From: a virus
Taxonomy: Duplodnaviria > Caudoviricetes
Strand: one strand, 5' to 3'
Length of the DNA stretch: 30,169 nucleotides
Virus record (IMG/VR): IMGVR_UViG_3300005512_000225
Span: 1-30,169 of that record
Positions 8,621-18,900 of the stretch are shown piece after piece (positions within the stretch are counted from its first letter, which is position 1; the number at the start of each line of letters is the position of its first letter). The notes under the pieces were generated by a model. It did not search any database, was not told where the DNA came from, and worked only from the letters and a program-made list of their open reading frames with translations. The position numbers and the translations under genes are program-made.

Positions 8621-11467
8621 CTACGATACTATGTTAATTGTTCCAACCATTCCGCTATGGAATTGACATTGGTAATATAATGTTGCTGGTGCATTCATAG
8701 GCACTTCAAAAACCACGATAGTTGTTGATGTTCCGCTTACTCCGCTCGTGTATTGATTACCCGTTCCTGTGCCTGGTGTTGTTTTAATCAATAATGGATG
8801 AGCACCTGCCATATTTGTAACATCAAATCTATAAGTATGACCTCTAATCAAATACAAGTCTGGGTCATTTGCTGTTGTTGGAAAACCAGGACCATCAAAT
8901 GTATAATCACTGTTACCGTTGTTTCCTAATTGCCATTGAATTACAGGACCGCTAGTTGGTACCCAAGTTCCTGAAATATTAACAAGCATGTCACCGTCAA
9001 CATATCCTGCTGTGTTAACATCACTTAGACCATTTAGATTTGTTGCACCACCACTTGCACTTGATGTAAATTGTATAACACCTGTACCAGCGTTGGTGTT
9101 GATGATCATGTTTGTACCGGCATCAAATGTCACTGTAGATGTTGCACTTCCGGCAACTATATCCGACTGTCCTGCTGTACCTGTTACACTAATTGTTTCA
9201 AAGGCGTTTTGGTTTGCTTCGCCTGTTGCTGTGATTGTAATATTGCCTTCAGCATCACTGCTTGTGGTTGCCGCACCACTACCAATAATTTTAATTGTTT
9301 CTCCACTATTAATTTGTCTTAGTGTAGAATCGTCTGCGGCAATGTTAAAGTGTTTGAATGTACCGTCAATTTGTTCATCAACATACTGTTTGTTGGCGGC
9401 ATGTAATCCCTGTGTTGGTATTCTAATGTTATTAACTATGCTACCACTAAAATTTATTTCGCCAGCGGCATCAAAAATTATATCATTGCCTGATGTAAAT
9501 GTTGGAACACCAGTGCTTGTGCTTTGTAATACTTCTGCGTTAATTGTGTCTGCTGTAATAGTTTGACCTGTAGCATTAATATCGCCTGTGGTTGTTATTG
9601 CACCACTGTTGATAGTTCCTGTGGTAATGTTACCAATGCTACCAGTTACTTCTAAATTTGCAACAGTGAGCGTATTCAAAGTTCCGTTCCATGTTAGATT
9701 AGAATTGGTTTCTACAACAGTATCTGAAGTAGTTCCGTAGTATGCTAAACGTCCTGCTGTACCTGTAGTAACTGTACCTGTACCACCGCTACCTGCACTT
9801 GCATTAATTGTTAATTCATCGCCCGCGGCATTAGTTGTAATTGAAATATTGCTTCCTGCAATAAGAGTAAGTGTATCGCTTGTGGTGTCAGCAACAATAT
9901 CGCTTTGTCCACTAACTGCAATAGTACCAAAGTTGTTTGGAATTACACCCTGTGTGCTTGTTATTGTTAGTGTATCACCAACGATAGCCGTTGATATTCC
10001 TGTGCCGCCAACAATGTTAAGAGTATCTGTTACACTGTTTGCTGTTGTGCTACCACTGTCACTTGAAATTGTGGCAAATAGATTTTGATCAACATTTGGA
10101 CTATTATTTACAATAGTAAGAGCATCACCTGTAATGCTTGTTGAAATACCTGCGCCGCCTGCAATGGTAAATTGATCCGTTGTTGTGTTTGCTGTTGTGC
10201 TACCACTGTCACCTAAAAATGTTAACCATTGATTAGGTGCTGTTGCACTTGAAGTGATTTCTACTTCATCATTTAGTGGATCTGTGGTAATTGTAATACC
10301 TGCGCCAGCAACAAAAGTTAAAGTATCAAATGCACTGTCTGCTACAACAGGACTTTGTCCCGAAACAGCAACACTGGTAAATGCACTTCGTGTGTTTTGA
10401 ATTTCAATTGTGTTTGCTGTTGGATTTAATCCTATTCCTGTTCCAGCAACTATGCTCTTAAATTGTAAATCAACGCCTGATTTTTGTAAAAATACGCCAC
10501 TGCCTGCACCAACATTACTTGCTGTGTTTGCTTCACCGCTTCCTACAACACTTACCCAAGTAAAATCTCCGTTGCCGTCGACACTTAAAATTTGTCCTGA
10601 TGTTCCAACCGAACTATCTGCTGTTGCAATTCTATCAGGTGTAAGTTGATAGGTTCCAATTTTTTCATTTGTAATTAACTCGTCACCGATTTGATTAAGT
10701 TGAATGGTTCCTGATAGGTCAAAGAAACTGCTTGCTCCGCCTCCACTGCCACCGCTTGGTGGATTAATGAATACTAAATTACCTGCACCGTCAGTAGCAA
10801 GTACTTGTCCTGCTAAACCATCACTTACATTTAGTTCGTTTACACTAATTGAGTTTGCATTTATAACCGCGGCACTTGCTGTGCCAGATAATGCTCCACC
10901 CAGTGCAGGATCTTGTGTTGGAATAGTTTGAAAACTTAAAGTTCCTGCACCGTTGGTTGTTAAAACCTGTCCTACCGTGCCATCGCCAAATACTAATTCA
11001 TTTAAACCAATCGAACCCGCTGGCACACTTGCACTTGTTACAGGACTAAACCCTCTTATGGTAATTTCTGCACCATCCAATGGAGGATTTTGTGTGCTGT
11101 CATCTTCCGTAAACGTAATAATGTTTGTGCCTTCAACCCTAAAGTCAATGTCCTTGGTAAGTTGAATACCGTTTACTGTAACAACTAGATAATCTGCATC
11201 ACCTATTGCACTTGATGTAATAAATTCATAGGAACTGCCGTCTCCTCTAAAATACTCTACAAAAGTTCCTGGAAATGGACCAATCGAACCCCAAGCACTG
11301 CCTGTGTATCCTTCAAATACACCTAAATCAGTATTAAGTCTAACTTCACCTGTTCTAGGAGCGCCTGCTCTTTGTGCTGTAGTTCCAACAGGTAGTACGA
11401 TACCTGCTGTACCGTCAAATTTGATATTAGGTCTAATTTGTCCTTGTGAAACTCTAGTTTTTGCCAT
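8621..11467 (-). CDS. Repeat-containing fibre protein with C-terminal cupredoxin-like domain (948 aa)
   Basis: N-terminal connector motif and F.GDG domain; DG..GQVL.T.G.G.L.F repeats; about six F.TI....A(D/N)S..DTL...G.GI repeats; C-terminus ...AHPL...LYYQCQFHSGMVGTINI. Confidence 0.85.
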   Translation of the reverse strand: MAKTRVSQGQIRPNIKFDGTAGIVLPVGTTAQRAGAPRTGEVRLNTDLGVFEGYTGSAWGSIGPFPGTFVEYFRGDGSSYEFITSSAIGDADYLVVTVNGIQLTKDIDFRVEGTNIITFTEDDSTQNPPLDGAEITIRGFSPVTSASVPAGSIGLNELVFGDGTVGQVLTTNGAGTLSFQTIPTQDPALGGALSGTASAAVINANSISVNELNVSDGLAGQVLATDGAGNLVFINPPSGGSGGGASSFFDLSGTIQLNQIGDELITNEKIGTYQLTPDRIATADSSVGTSGQILSVDGNGDFTWVSVVGSGEANTASNVGAGSGVFLQKSGVDLQFKSIVAGTGIGLNPTANTIEIQNTRSAFTSVAVSGQSPVVADSAFDTLTFVAGAGITITTDPLNDEVEITSSATAPNQWLTFLGDSGSTTANTTTDQFTIAGGAGISTSITGDALTIVNNSPNVDQNLFATISSDSGSTTANSVTDTLNIVGGTGISTAIVGDTLTITSTQGVIPNNFGTIAVSGQSDIVADTTSDTLTLIAGSNISITTNAAGDELTINASAGSGGTGTVTTGTAGRLAYYGTTSDTVVETNSNLTWNGTLNTLTVANLEVTGSIGNITTGTINSGAITTTGDINATGQTITADTINAEVLQSTSTGVPTFTSGNDIIFDAAGEINFSGSIVNNIRIPTQGLHAANKQYVDEQIDGTFKHFNIAADDSTLRQINSGETIKIIGSGAATTSSDAEGNITITATGEANQNAFETISVTGTAGQSDIVAGSATSTVTFDAGTNMIINTNAGTGVIQFTSSASGGATNLNGLSDVNTAGYVDGDMLVNISGTWVPTSGPVIQWQLGNNGNSDYTFDGPGFPTTANDPDLYLIRGHTYRFDVTNMAGAHPLLIKTTPGTGTGNQYTSGVSGTSTTIVVFEVPMNAPATLYYQCQFHSGMVGTINIVS
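9050..10390 (-). repeat. Degenerate in-frame tandem repeats of about 48 aa in the 948-aa fibre
   Basis: Protein-level repeats; GTTTGCTGTTGTGCTACCACTGTCAC (+ strand) occurs identically near 10037 and 10187. Confidence 0.75.
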
Positions 11468-11488
11468 GCGATTGTTCCTTGTTACGTA

Positions 11489-11494
11489 TATTTA
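11489..11494 (-). promoter_or_regulatory. T4-like late promoter box TAAATA for the fibre-protease pair
   Basis: 21 nt upstream of the ATG at 11467, followed by AAGGA SD. Confidence 0.65.
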
Positions 11495-11509
11495 GCGTGT
11501 AATCACATA

Positions 11510-11538
11510 TTGACTTTGCTTGACAAATAGCGTATAAT
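11510..11538 (+). promoter_or_regulatory. Sigma70-type promoter TTGACT-N17-TATAAT
   Basis: -35 at 11510-11515 and -10 at 11533-11538, 17-bp spacer; ATG at 11546 follows the -10 by 7 nt with no SD. Confidence 0.8.
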
Positions 11539-11545
11539 TACATAT

Positions 11546-12181
11546 ATGTTTAACAACGCAACACCATTATTTCCACAGGGCGTAGTAGGCCAATATCATC
11601 ACGAAAACTACGTGCTAGATCCTGCTTTGATTTCAAACTTTGAAACTACCAGGGCAGGAGAAGGCATCGAAAGCACACAAATTAAACGTGAAGCAAACGA
11701 AAACATTCTAGATTATCAAGTGCTAGAACCTATACGTGACTTTATTGTTCATTCTTTGCACCATTATCTACAGGATATTGCATCAATTCCATATGAAGAA
11801 TTTTGGTTTACTAGCAGTTGGTTAAATTTCACCAAAACAAATGGTCATCAAAACTATCACAATCACACAAACAGCATTGTTAGTGGTGTGTACTACATAT
11901 ATTCAGATGACAAAGATCCAGGACTAACTTTTAGAAAAGAACACAGAAGTCATAAACCGTATATTACAACATATACAAATACAGCAAATATGGTACATGC
12001 TGATCATGCAACTGTTCCTACTAAAACAGGCGATCTATTGATTTTTCCTAGTCATATGATTCATGGGTATGATAAAAGCGAATCACCCAACACAAGAATT
12101 AGTCTAGCATGGAATATTTTACTAAATCAACCCGAGCATCTTGCTCCTGAAGGTTGGTATCATATTAGGTTTCAAAAATAA
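11546..12181 (+). CDS. 2OG-Fe(II) oxygenase, TIGR02466-like
   Basis: SWLN..HNHTNSIVSGVYY, LLIFPSHMIH, RISLAWN. Confidence 0.9.
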   Translation: MFNNATPLFPQGVVGQYHHENYVLDPALISNFETTRAGEGIESTQIKREANENILDYQVLEPIRDFIVHSLHHYLQDIASIPYEEFWFTSSWLNFTKTNGHQNYHNHTNSIVSGVYYIYSDDKDPGLTFRKEHRSHKPYITTYTNTANMVHADHATVPTKTGDLLIFPSHMIHGYDKSESPNTRISLAWNILLNQPEHLAPEGWYHIRFQK

Positions 12182-12717
12182 TGTCTGACTATGTAATAGA
12201 ACAAATATTATCTCCACAAGAATGTGCTGAAATTATAGAACTAGGCACAACCAAAGGCATTAAAAAACAAGACAATGTAATTAACAGTGATAATGTTGCT
12301 GTAGACAAAAGTGTGCGTTCAACAGATGTATATTTTTTAAATGATATAGCACTATATCAAAAAATTATGCCACATGTTACACGATTAAATCAATGGGGTT
12401 ATAGTTTTTCACGTGTAGAACCTTTGCAGTTGGGAATTTACAGGGAAGGTGATCACTATGACTGGCATGTTGATGACGATGGAGTAGCATATGATTCAAG
12501 TGCAGGACCGTTTGCAGGACTAAACAGAAGATTAAGTTTTTCAATACTGCTTAATGAAGATTTCGAAGGCGGTGAATTTCTATTAGAAAACAATGTTGAT
12601 GTAAATTTAAATCAACAAGGAAATATATTACTATTTCCTAGCACATTACCACACAAAGTCAACCCAGTAACACAAGGTACTAGATATTCGTTGGTTGGCT
12701 GGTGTTGCGGAGCATAA
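12181..12717 (+). CDS. 2OG-Fe(II) oxygenase, prolyl-4-hydroxylase/PKHD-like
   Basis: YDWHVD (HxD), RRLSFSILLN..FEGGEF, FPSTLPHKVNPVTQGTRYSLVGW; TAATG overlap with the upstream gene. Confidence 0.92.
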   Translation: MSDYVIEQILSPQECAEIIELGTTKGIKKQDNVINSDNVAVDKSVRSTDVYFLNDIALYQKIMPHVTRLNQWGYSFSRVEPLQLGIYREGDHYDWHVDDDGVAYDSSAGPFAGLNRRLSFSILLNEDFEGGEFLLENNVDVNLNQQGNILLFPSTLPHKVNPVTQGTRYSLVGWCCGA

Positions 12718-12727
12718 CGGAGACAAT

Positions 12728-13366
12728 ATGAGCAACGATACAAAAATTTTTAGTCTATTTGCACATGGTATCTTTGAAGGCACACTTAATATTCCAGAAG
12801 AAGACAAAGTAAAAATGCTAGATCACATAGAATGGGACGTACACAAAAGAAATAGAGATCAAGACCCTGATTGGTTCACACAATCTAAGAATAGATTTTT
12901 ACATAAAGAAAACAATTTTAAACTTTTTGCTACAACAATAGAAGAAACAGCATCTTTATACTGGAATAAACTCGGATACGGCCGTACTGAGTTTTTTGTT
13001 ACACAGATGTGGGGAAATTCAATGAAAGGAAGAGGAGAAATTGGAACACATTATCACAGTAACAGCATTATAAGTGGTGTATTTTATTTTGATGTAAACG
13101 AAGAAGATAGCGGAGGCACTACATTTATAAATCCAATGTTTGGATTAAATCAACAAATTAGTGTTCCAATTGAATCTTATTCAGAATATACTAGAATGAA
13201 TTATACTGTTCCGCCTAAACAGAATAGATTAATTTTATTTCCTAGTTATATACAACACAAAAGCGAAAGATGCTGGAACAATAATATTAGAACAACATTG
13301 AGTTTTAATTTGTTACCAAAAGTTTTAGGAAATGATGCTGATTTAAACTATTATAAATTAGTTTAA
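12728..13366 (+). CDS. 2OG-Fe(II) oxygenase, TIGR02466-like
   Basis: MWGN..HYHSNSIISGVFY, LILFPSYIQH, RTTLSFN. Start moved to ATG 12728 because GGAG SD lies at 12719-12722. Confidence 0.9.
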   Translation: MSNDTKIFSLFAHGIFEGTLNIPEEDKVKMLDHIEWDVHKRNRDQDPDWFTQSKNRFLHKENNFKLFATTIEETASLYWNKLGYGRTEFFVTQMWGNSMKGRGEIGTHYHSNSIISGVFYFDVNEEDSGGTTFINPMFGLNQQISVPIESYSEYTRMNYTVPPKQNRLILFPSYIQHKSERCWNNNIRTTLSFNLLPKVLGNDADLNYYKLV

Positions 13367-14055
13367 CGTTTTCTATATTCTTGTTCTTTGTTATTGATAT
13401 CATTCCAGTTTTCTAAAAATTCTAAATCTTCATTTGAAATTAAATCAACTGTAGCATCTATGTCACTAATCGGAATAAAATGAGCAATTGGTGTTCCTTT
13501 TTCGATAGTTATATCTTTAGAAAGTAATGTAGGTAAGTGTAAGTAAGGATAAAAACTTGTATCAATAACTCCAGGCATTATTTTATAGTCTGCATTTTCA
13601 TATAATAACGGTAACACCAAGAGTTTTGTTCCTTTTGACGAACGTGCTTTAATTGGATTAATCAGTTTAATTGCATGATTATAAGTTTGTCTAATTGGCA
13701 ATTCTAAAAACTGACTTACATGATGTATATCCCATGACACATGAGGATTTTCACTTTCTAATAAAGGCCATCCTGTATTACCATTAAACTCTTTTATAGG
13801 ACACATACTATCTCTAGTTTCGTCTTGTGTTATACTTAAATTTACAGTTTCCCACATATGTAAGATATAACCTGTAGATAAAAAATCTACAATTCCGGGG
13901 CATTTTTTAATAGTAGAAAAATTATAATTCCCTTGAGGTAATTTAGAAGTGTCAATAGGACAAGTACCTAATTGATTTTTAAACCACTGAGGTATACATT
14001 TTTTGGCAGGTTTAATTATTTCTAATAAATCTGGATATTCTGTAAAAAACTTCAT
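13363..14055 (-). CDS. Hypothetical phage protein (230 aa)
   Basis: P.WFK..TIKKCPGI.D.L..GYI and PGVID..IEKGTPIAHFIP pattern recalled from proteins near phage oxygenase clusters; the latter loosely resembles a dUTPase-like fold. Start set at ATG 14055, just after the stop of the 51-aa ORF. Confidence 0.7.
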   Translation of the reverse strand: MKFFTEYPDLLEIIKPAKKCIPQWFKNQLGTCPIDTSKLPQGNYNFSTIKKCPGIVDFLSTGYILHMWETVNLSITQDETRDSMCPIKEFNGNTGWPLLESENPHVSWDIHHVSQFLELPIRQTYNHAIKLINPIKARSSKGTKLLVLPLLYENADYKIMPGVIDTSFYPYLHLPTLLSKDITIEKGTPIAHFIPISDIDATVDLISNEDLEFLENWNDINNKEQEYRKR

Positions 14056-14057
14056 GC

Positions 14058-14213
14058 TTACCATTTTTTAATTGGACAATGAAATACTGGTATCCTTGCC
14101 TTAACTTGCAAAAAACAACCGCATCTTTTACATAATTGTAACGTCTTATGATAGTATTTGCAAGACTTACAAATATCCATTTTTTGTTCAAAAGTTAACT
14201 TACCATCTTCCAT
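14058..14213 (-). CDS. Small Cys-rich protein (51 aa), DUF6171-like
   Basis: Below the track cutoff. Manual translation MEDGKLTFEQKMDICKSCKYYHKTLQLCKRCGCFLQVKARIPVFHCPIKKW*; fills the gap and has the same Cys pattern as the upstream ORF. Confidence 0.8.
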   Translation of the reverse strand: MEDGKLTFEQKMDICKSCKYYHKTLQLCKRCGCFLQVKARIPVFHCPIKKW

Positions 14214-14475
14214 CTGGACATTTTTCATTTTTCCAACACGCCTTATATCTTAGATTACACCCACAAAGTTGACAGTTACTAAAACTACTATATCTAGGAG
14301 GAACATCACCGCCTATCCAATGACGATATTTGTATTCACAGTTTTGGCATTCACGTCTACGTTTGCGAAAAGTATCAGTATCAACTAACACATCATCATC
14401 GTGGGCATTGGGAATATAATTTTGATATCGAGGATCATCCAATAGAGGATATGTATGCTTAATCTCTTCTGACAT
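14200..14475 (-). CDS. Small Cys-rich protein (91 aa), DUF6171-like
   Basis: CxxC...CxxCGC...K......CP..RW; TAAATA box 5 nt upstream of the ATG. Confidence 0.8.
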   Translation of the reverse strand: MSEEIKHTYPLLDDPRYQNYIPNAHDDDVLVDTDTFRKRRRECQNCEYKYRHWIGGDVPPRYSSFSNCQLCGCNLRYKACWKNEKCPDGRW

Positions 14476-14480
14476 ACACC

Positions 14481-14486
14481 TATTTA
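14481..14486 (-). promoter_or_regulatory. Late promoter box TAAATA, 5 nt before ATG
   Basis: TTAAATA-GGTGT-ATG; same spacing as at 28558. Confidence 0.6.
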
Positions 14487-14508
14487 AGCGTTAGATAAAC
14501 TTTGGCTT

Positions 14509-15981
14509 TTAGTTTCGAGCGTATATTCTAACAGTACCGCCGTTGCCCATCCAAGAACCACGTGCAAATCCACCTGGGTTGCCGCCACAATAGTTAGGAT
14601 GAGTTCCTAGTCCGCTGTTAACATCGTTACCATTATCGTGTGCATTAAACCCAAACATCAAAGGTTGTCCACATCCTACATTACCTCTACTTGTGTTACC
14701 GTAAGCATTGTTTGAGTTTGATCCATACCTGTCAAATCTAGGCTGGCCGGTTCTATCATGTCCAAATACACTACGCCAAGTGCTATAACTGGTATCAGCA
14801 TTCATGTATTGGCTTGTGCTAAACATCAAATTGCTAGGTGTGCTAGAACTGTTAAATGTAAACGGCATAAATGCTGTGCTACCAGAACTGGCACCACTAA
14901 AGCCTGTTCCATAAATCATAATTGCGTTGCAGTTGTTAAAAGTATAGAAACCTCGGTGTTTTGAAAAACTGCCGTTTGCTGGGGTTGTTTGTAAATTGCT
15001 TTCACTGTATGATGTGCTGTTATTCCATTCGCCTGAACCATATTGTTGACCATCATTGCCATTTCCACGCATTAGCCACATCCAACCGCCACCTTGGTTA
15101 CTCATATCAATGTAAACCTGAACAGCACCACTACCATTAATATTCATCCAATATAATCCGCTTGGTGAACCTAAGTCTCTGATTGCTGTTGAACTAGTCG
15201 CCGCTCTACCCGAACTTGTACCATCTGGGAATGGATTTACAATAATGTTAAATGTTCTTGCTACACTTTGACTGTTTGATGTTGCTGTAATATCAAAAGT
15301 GTATGTAGTGCTATTGTTAACGTTTGTAACATCTGAACTAGAAATTGCACCAGTGCTTGTATTTAAATTTGTATTACCGGGCAAACTTCCTGATGTTACC
15401 GAATATGTTATGCCAGTTCCATCAGGGTCTGATGCTGATACTGATACCGTTTGACTTCCTGGTTGATCACTCCATGTTGCAATATTACCTTGTCCTGTTC
15501 CCCATACAGGATCTCTATCAACTGTTCCTGCAGGTTCTAACACTGCACTTAATCCTGACGGATTAGTAACTTTTATATTAAATGATGCTCCTCCGACATA
15601 GTTTACTGCCGTGGCATTTGTTGATGCTGTAAGTTCGCTTGAACTTACAAAAGTGGTTGCAAGAGTTCTGTCTAGACCGTTAACTGCCGCACCTTGAACT
15701 ACAATACTAGATCCACTTTTAAAATTAGATCCTGTAACTGTAATAGTGCTATCGGTGTTTTCATTAATCACTCCTGTAACATTAGATACAGTCGGAGGAG
15801 CATCAATACCTGCCCAACCGGTCGCATTATATTGCTCTAAAAACCCTAAATCTGTATTGTATCTTACTTGTCCTAATTCAGTTCCTGTTCTTTCTGCTGT
15901 GGTTCCTTTAGGTACTTCGATACTATCTGTACCACCAAATTTGGTATTTTTATTTTTTAACTTTTCGTAATCTATAGCCAT
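14509..15981 (-). CDS. Putative fibre tip / receptor-binding protein B: same N-terminal half as 546..2273, C-terminal fibrinogen-like/lectin-like domain
   Basis: Start moved to ATG 15981 (GGAG SD; 1 nt after the upstream stop, as in cassette A). RYNTDLGFLEQYNATGWAGIDAPPTVS identical to paralog A. SGLYWMNING..VYIDMS..GGGWM resembles the start of fibrinogen C-terminal domains. Confidence 0.85.
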   Translation of the reverse strand: MAIDYEKLKNKNTKFGGTDSIEVPKGTTAERTGTELGQVRYNTDLGFLEQYNATGWAGIDAPPTVSNVTGVINENTDSTITVTGSNFKSGSSIVVQGAAVNGLDRTLATTFVSSSELTASTNATAVNYVGGASFNIKVTNPSGLSAVLEPAGTVDRDPVWGTGQGNIATWSDQPGSQTVSVSASDPDGTGITYSVTSGSLPGNTNLNTSTGAISSSDVTNVNNSTTYTFDITATSNSQSVARTFNIIVNPFPDGTSSGRAATSSTAIRDLGSPSGLYWMNINGSGAVQVYIDMSNQGGGWMWLMRGNGNDGQQYGSGEWNNSTSYSESNLQTTPANGSFSKHRGFYTFNNCNAIMIYGTGFSGASSGSTAFMPFTFNSSSTPSNLMFSTSQYMNADTSYSTWRSVFGHDRTGQPRFDRYGSNSNNAYGNTSRGNVGCGQPLMFGFNAHDNGNDVNSGLGTHPNYCGGNPGGFARGSWMGNGGTVRIYARN

Positions 15982-15982
15982 T

Positions 15983-18900
15983 TTATAACTCCAATAGTTT
16001 CCAACCTTGTGAAGCACCTACATATAGTAGTTGAAACCCTGCATGTTCTTGACTAACAACTAATGTATCATTTACTCCGTTAATATTTTCTGCACCAGGA
16101 TCAACAGTTAATGCATATCCATCAAATGTACCGCTTTTATCTAAAAATCTTACATTGTCTCCTACATTAGGAGAAGCAGGTAAGTTAATTGTAGTTACAC
16201 CAGCACTTGTATCAACTAGTATTCTATCATTATTTAGAGCAGTATACCCTGTGTCAGCATCTGTTTTAGTTACCCACGGATTGCCGCCGCCAAGTCCACT
16301 CCACGCTCCATTGACATATCCTTCGAATGCATTAATAGTTGTATTATATCTAATATATCCGTTAGTAGGTGTACTTGGTCTTTCAGCAGTTGTGCCTTGA
16401 GGAATAAGCAAATATTCTTTACCAATTTGTGCTACATTACCACCGTGAATATCAAAATTAATAGTGTCTGTTGCTAGACCCGAGCCAACAACTTCTACTT
16501 TTGATTGAGTTGGCGATAATCCAACTTGAATTGTTCCTGCTCCTGCGACTGCTTGTGAAATTTCTGTATCTACATAAGTTTTAACTGCTTTTTCAGTCGG
16601 TACCGCCGCATCAGAATTATCAGCAAAAGTACCATCAGTACTAAATTCGTTAATAGTAGCACCCTGTTTACCTGCTGTAATACTACCAAGTTGTAGTTCA
16701 TTCAAACCAGCAAGATCAAATTCTTCAGATGAAAGGGTGGCTCTACCTGTGGCCTGTTCAACCTTAAAGTAGTCACCAACTCGGAAGTTACCATCTTGGT
16801 CTGTGGTTACGTAGAATACTCGTCCTCCATTTTCTGAAAGCGTTTCTCTTTCTTGGTTAGGTGGTTGAGTATAATCAGCGTCGATAATAACAGGATAGTT
16901 TGTGTCAGCAAATCCACCAGTACCAATATCAAGGAAGTCATGTCCGCTCATACGTACTTGAGAGAACGCTTCTCTAAATACTACATTTGTTCCGTCATTT
17001 GGTGTTTTGTTACTTGGTATTCTTGGATCAAGAACAATTTGACAAGTTCCAGTGCCGCCAACACCTGCTATAAAATTATTAACACCAATAACAAAATATG
17101 TTTCTTGGTCGCCTGTAATTTGCAAAACAGAACCTTCTTTTGGTGATCTTTCTAAACCAGCAATGTTGAATACTGCTCCCGTACCAATGCCAGCAAAACC
17201 TGCTCGTGTAGCAACCGCTGTTCTTGTTTGGCTTGGCGATTGATTAAGTGTCAATGCCGTATCACTTACACCTAGTGTTGCGCCTAATAAATCAATTTCA
17301 TTAAATTGTTGTGTTACAACTGTGTTTGATGTTTCCGTAGGAGTTAATGCTGTAAATGCATAACTTCCTGAAGTCACAGTTCCTATACCGCCGCTTACAT
17401 CTCTTTGAACATTAACTATTACAGAGTTTGCTTGTTCAATACCTGCCGCAATAACATTCACACCATCAAGCATTACACCATTCAGTGCTATATTATTTGT
17501 TCCGTTATCAAATTTGTATAACCATTGAACAGTTCCGTTGCTTGAATATCTAACCAGTAATCCTGTATTATTATTGTTTGTTCCTTCATTAATATAACCT
17601 GTAACATAAACATCGTTACCTAACGCAATCACATCTTTAAATTCACCTTCTTCGCTTGAAAGTGCTAATTGCTTTTGCCAAGCAACAGATCCGTTGACTG
17701 TTAATCTAAACACTAACGGATTTTTGTTTACTGCACCAGCATCATAATAGCCAGCGGCCATTAAGTAGATACCATCGCCATTACCTGTGTCTAAACTTAA
17801 AGAATTAATCCTAACATCACCGTATTGATATGTTGCAACATATGTTCCTGTGCTTGTTAATCTAGTAATTAAACTTTGATTTACTGTGCTATCATAACTT
17901 GCTACATATAAATTATCTTCTGCTGTAGCATCGCCGGCGAGAGCATATGTGTCTGTTGATGTTGTAGGAGGCCCGGCAAAAGCAAGTGCTGTTGCTGTAA
18001 GTGTATTAGCCGCACTACTGTCGTTATATTCTAATGTCTTACTCCATTGCTCTACCCCGGCCGGATTTAATTTTATAACACTTACACCTGTTGTTGTATG
18101 TGTTCCTACAGCATACAAATTGTTTTCATCTGTTGTTACATCAGTAATTTCGCTTGTATCACCTACGATTTTTTGCCATTGTATTTCACCTGCTTTAGAA
18201 ATACTTAAAATAAATCCTTTATTAGTTGCGGCATCATATATAACACCACCTGCGTAATATCTATCACTTAATTCTACAACACTGTGAATTGCACCAAATG
18301 AACTCTCATATGTGTAAATCCAGTCTAATGATCCAGCCGAATTAAACTTACAAATAAATGGATAACTTGCTGTGTTATCCCAACTAGATGTAACGTCTGT
18401 TCCTGTTGGATTTGTATGTCCTACAAAGATTCTGTTACCAACGCTATCTCTATAACTTGTAAACACATGAACATTTGTTCCCAATGTTGTTACAGAGTTG
18501 ATTGTTGTATCACTTAATTCTAATGTACCTGTAAGAGGTGTTTCACTTTGTGAAAATCCTCTAGCAACAGCACCATATTCTCCATATGAGTTATTACCAA
18601 CAATAGCACGAATTTTAGCACCACCTTCTGCTAGATAACCAATGTCACAGTAGTATGTAAAGCATGATACAATCTCAGTTCTACCATCATTAAGTGCATG
18701 GATTCCTACACCGTCTGAGTTAATTTGTGTAAAGTCATTGGCAACCATTGATTTATAACCGCCATTATGTAAACTACCATCGATTTTAAATCCAGTACCA
18801 CCTGGAGAAAAATTAGTACAGTTTTGCACATAAGGCGATTGTGATGTGATCCAAACTGACGTATCATCTTGTCCTGTTCCAGGATCAAGTGCTACCTGGA

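Noticed and set aside
12181-12717. Collagen prolyl hydroxylation as the role of the P4H-like enzyme
   Set aside because: No extended Gly-X-Y collagen repeats in any protein in this window.
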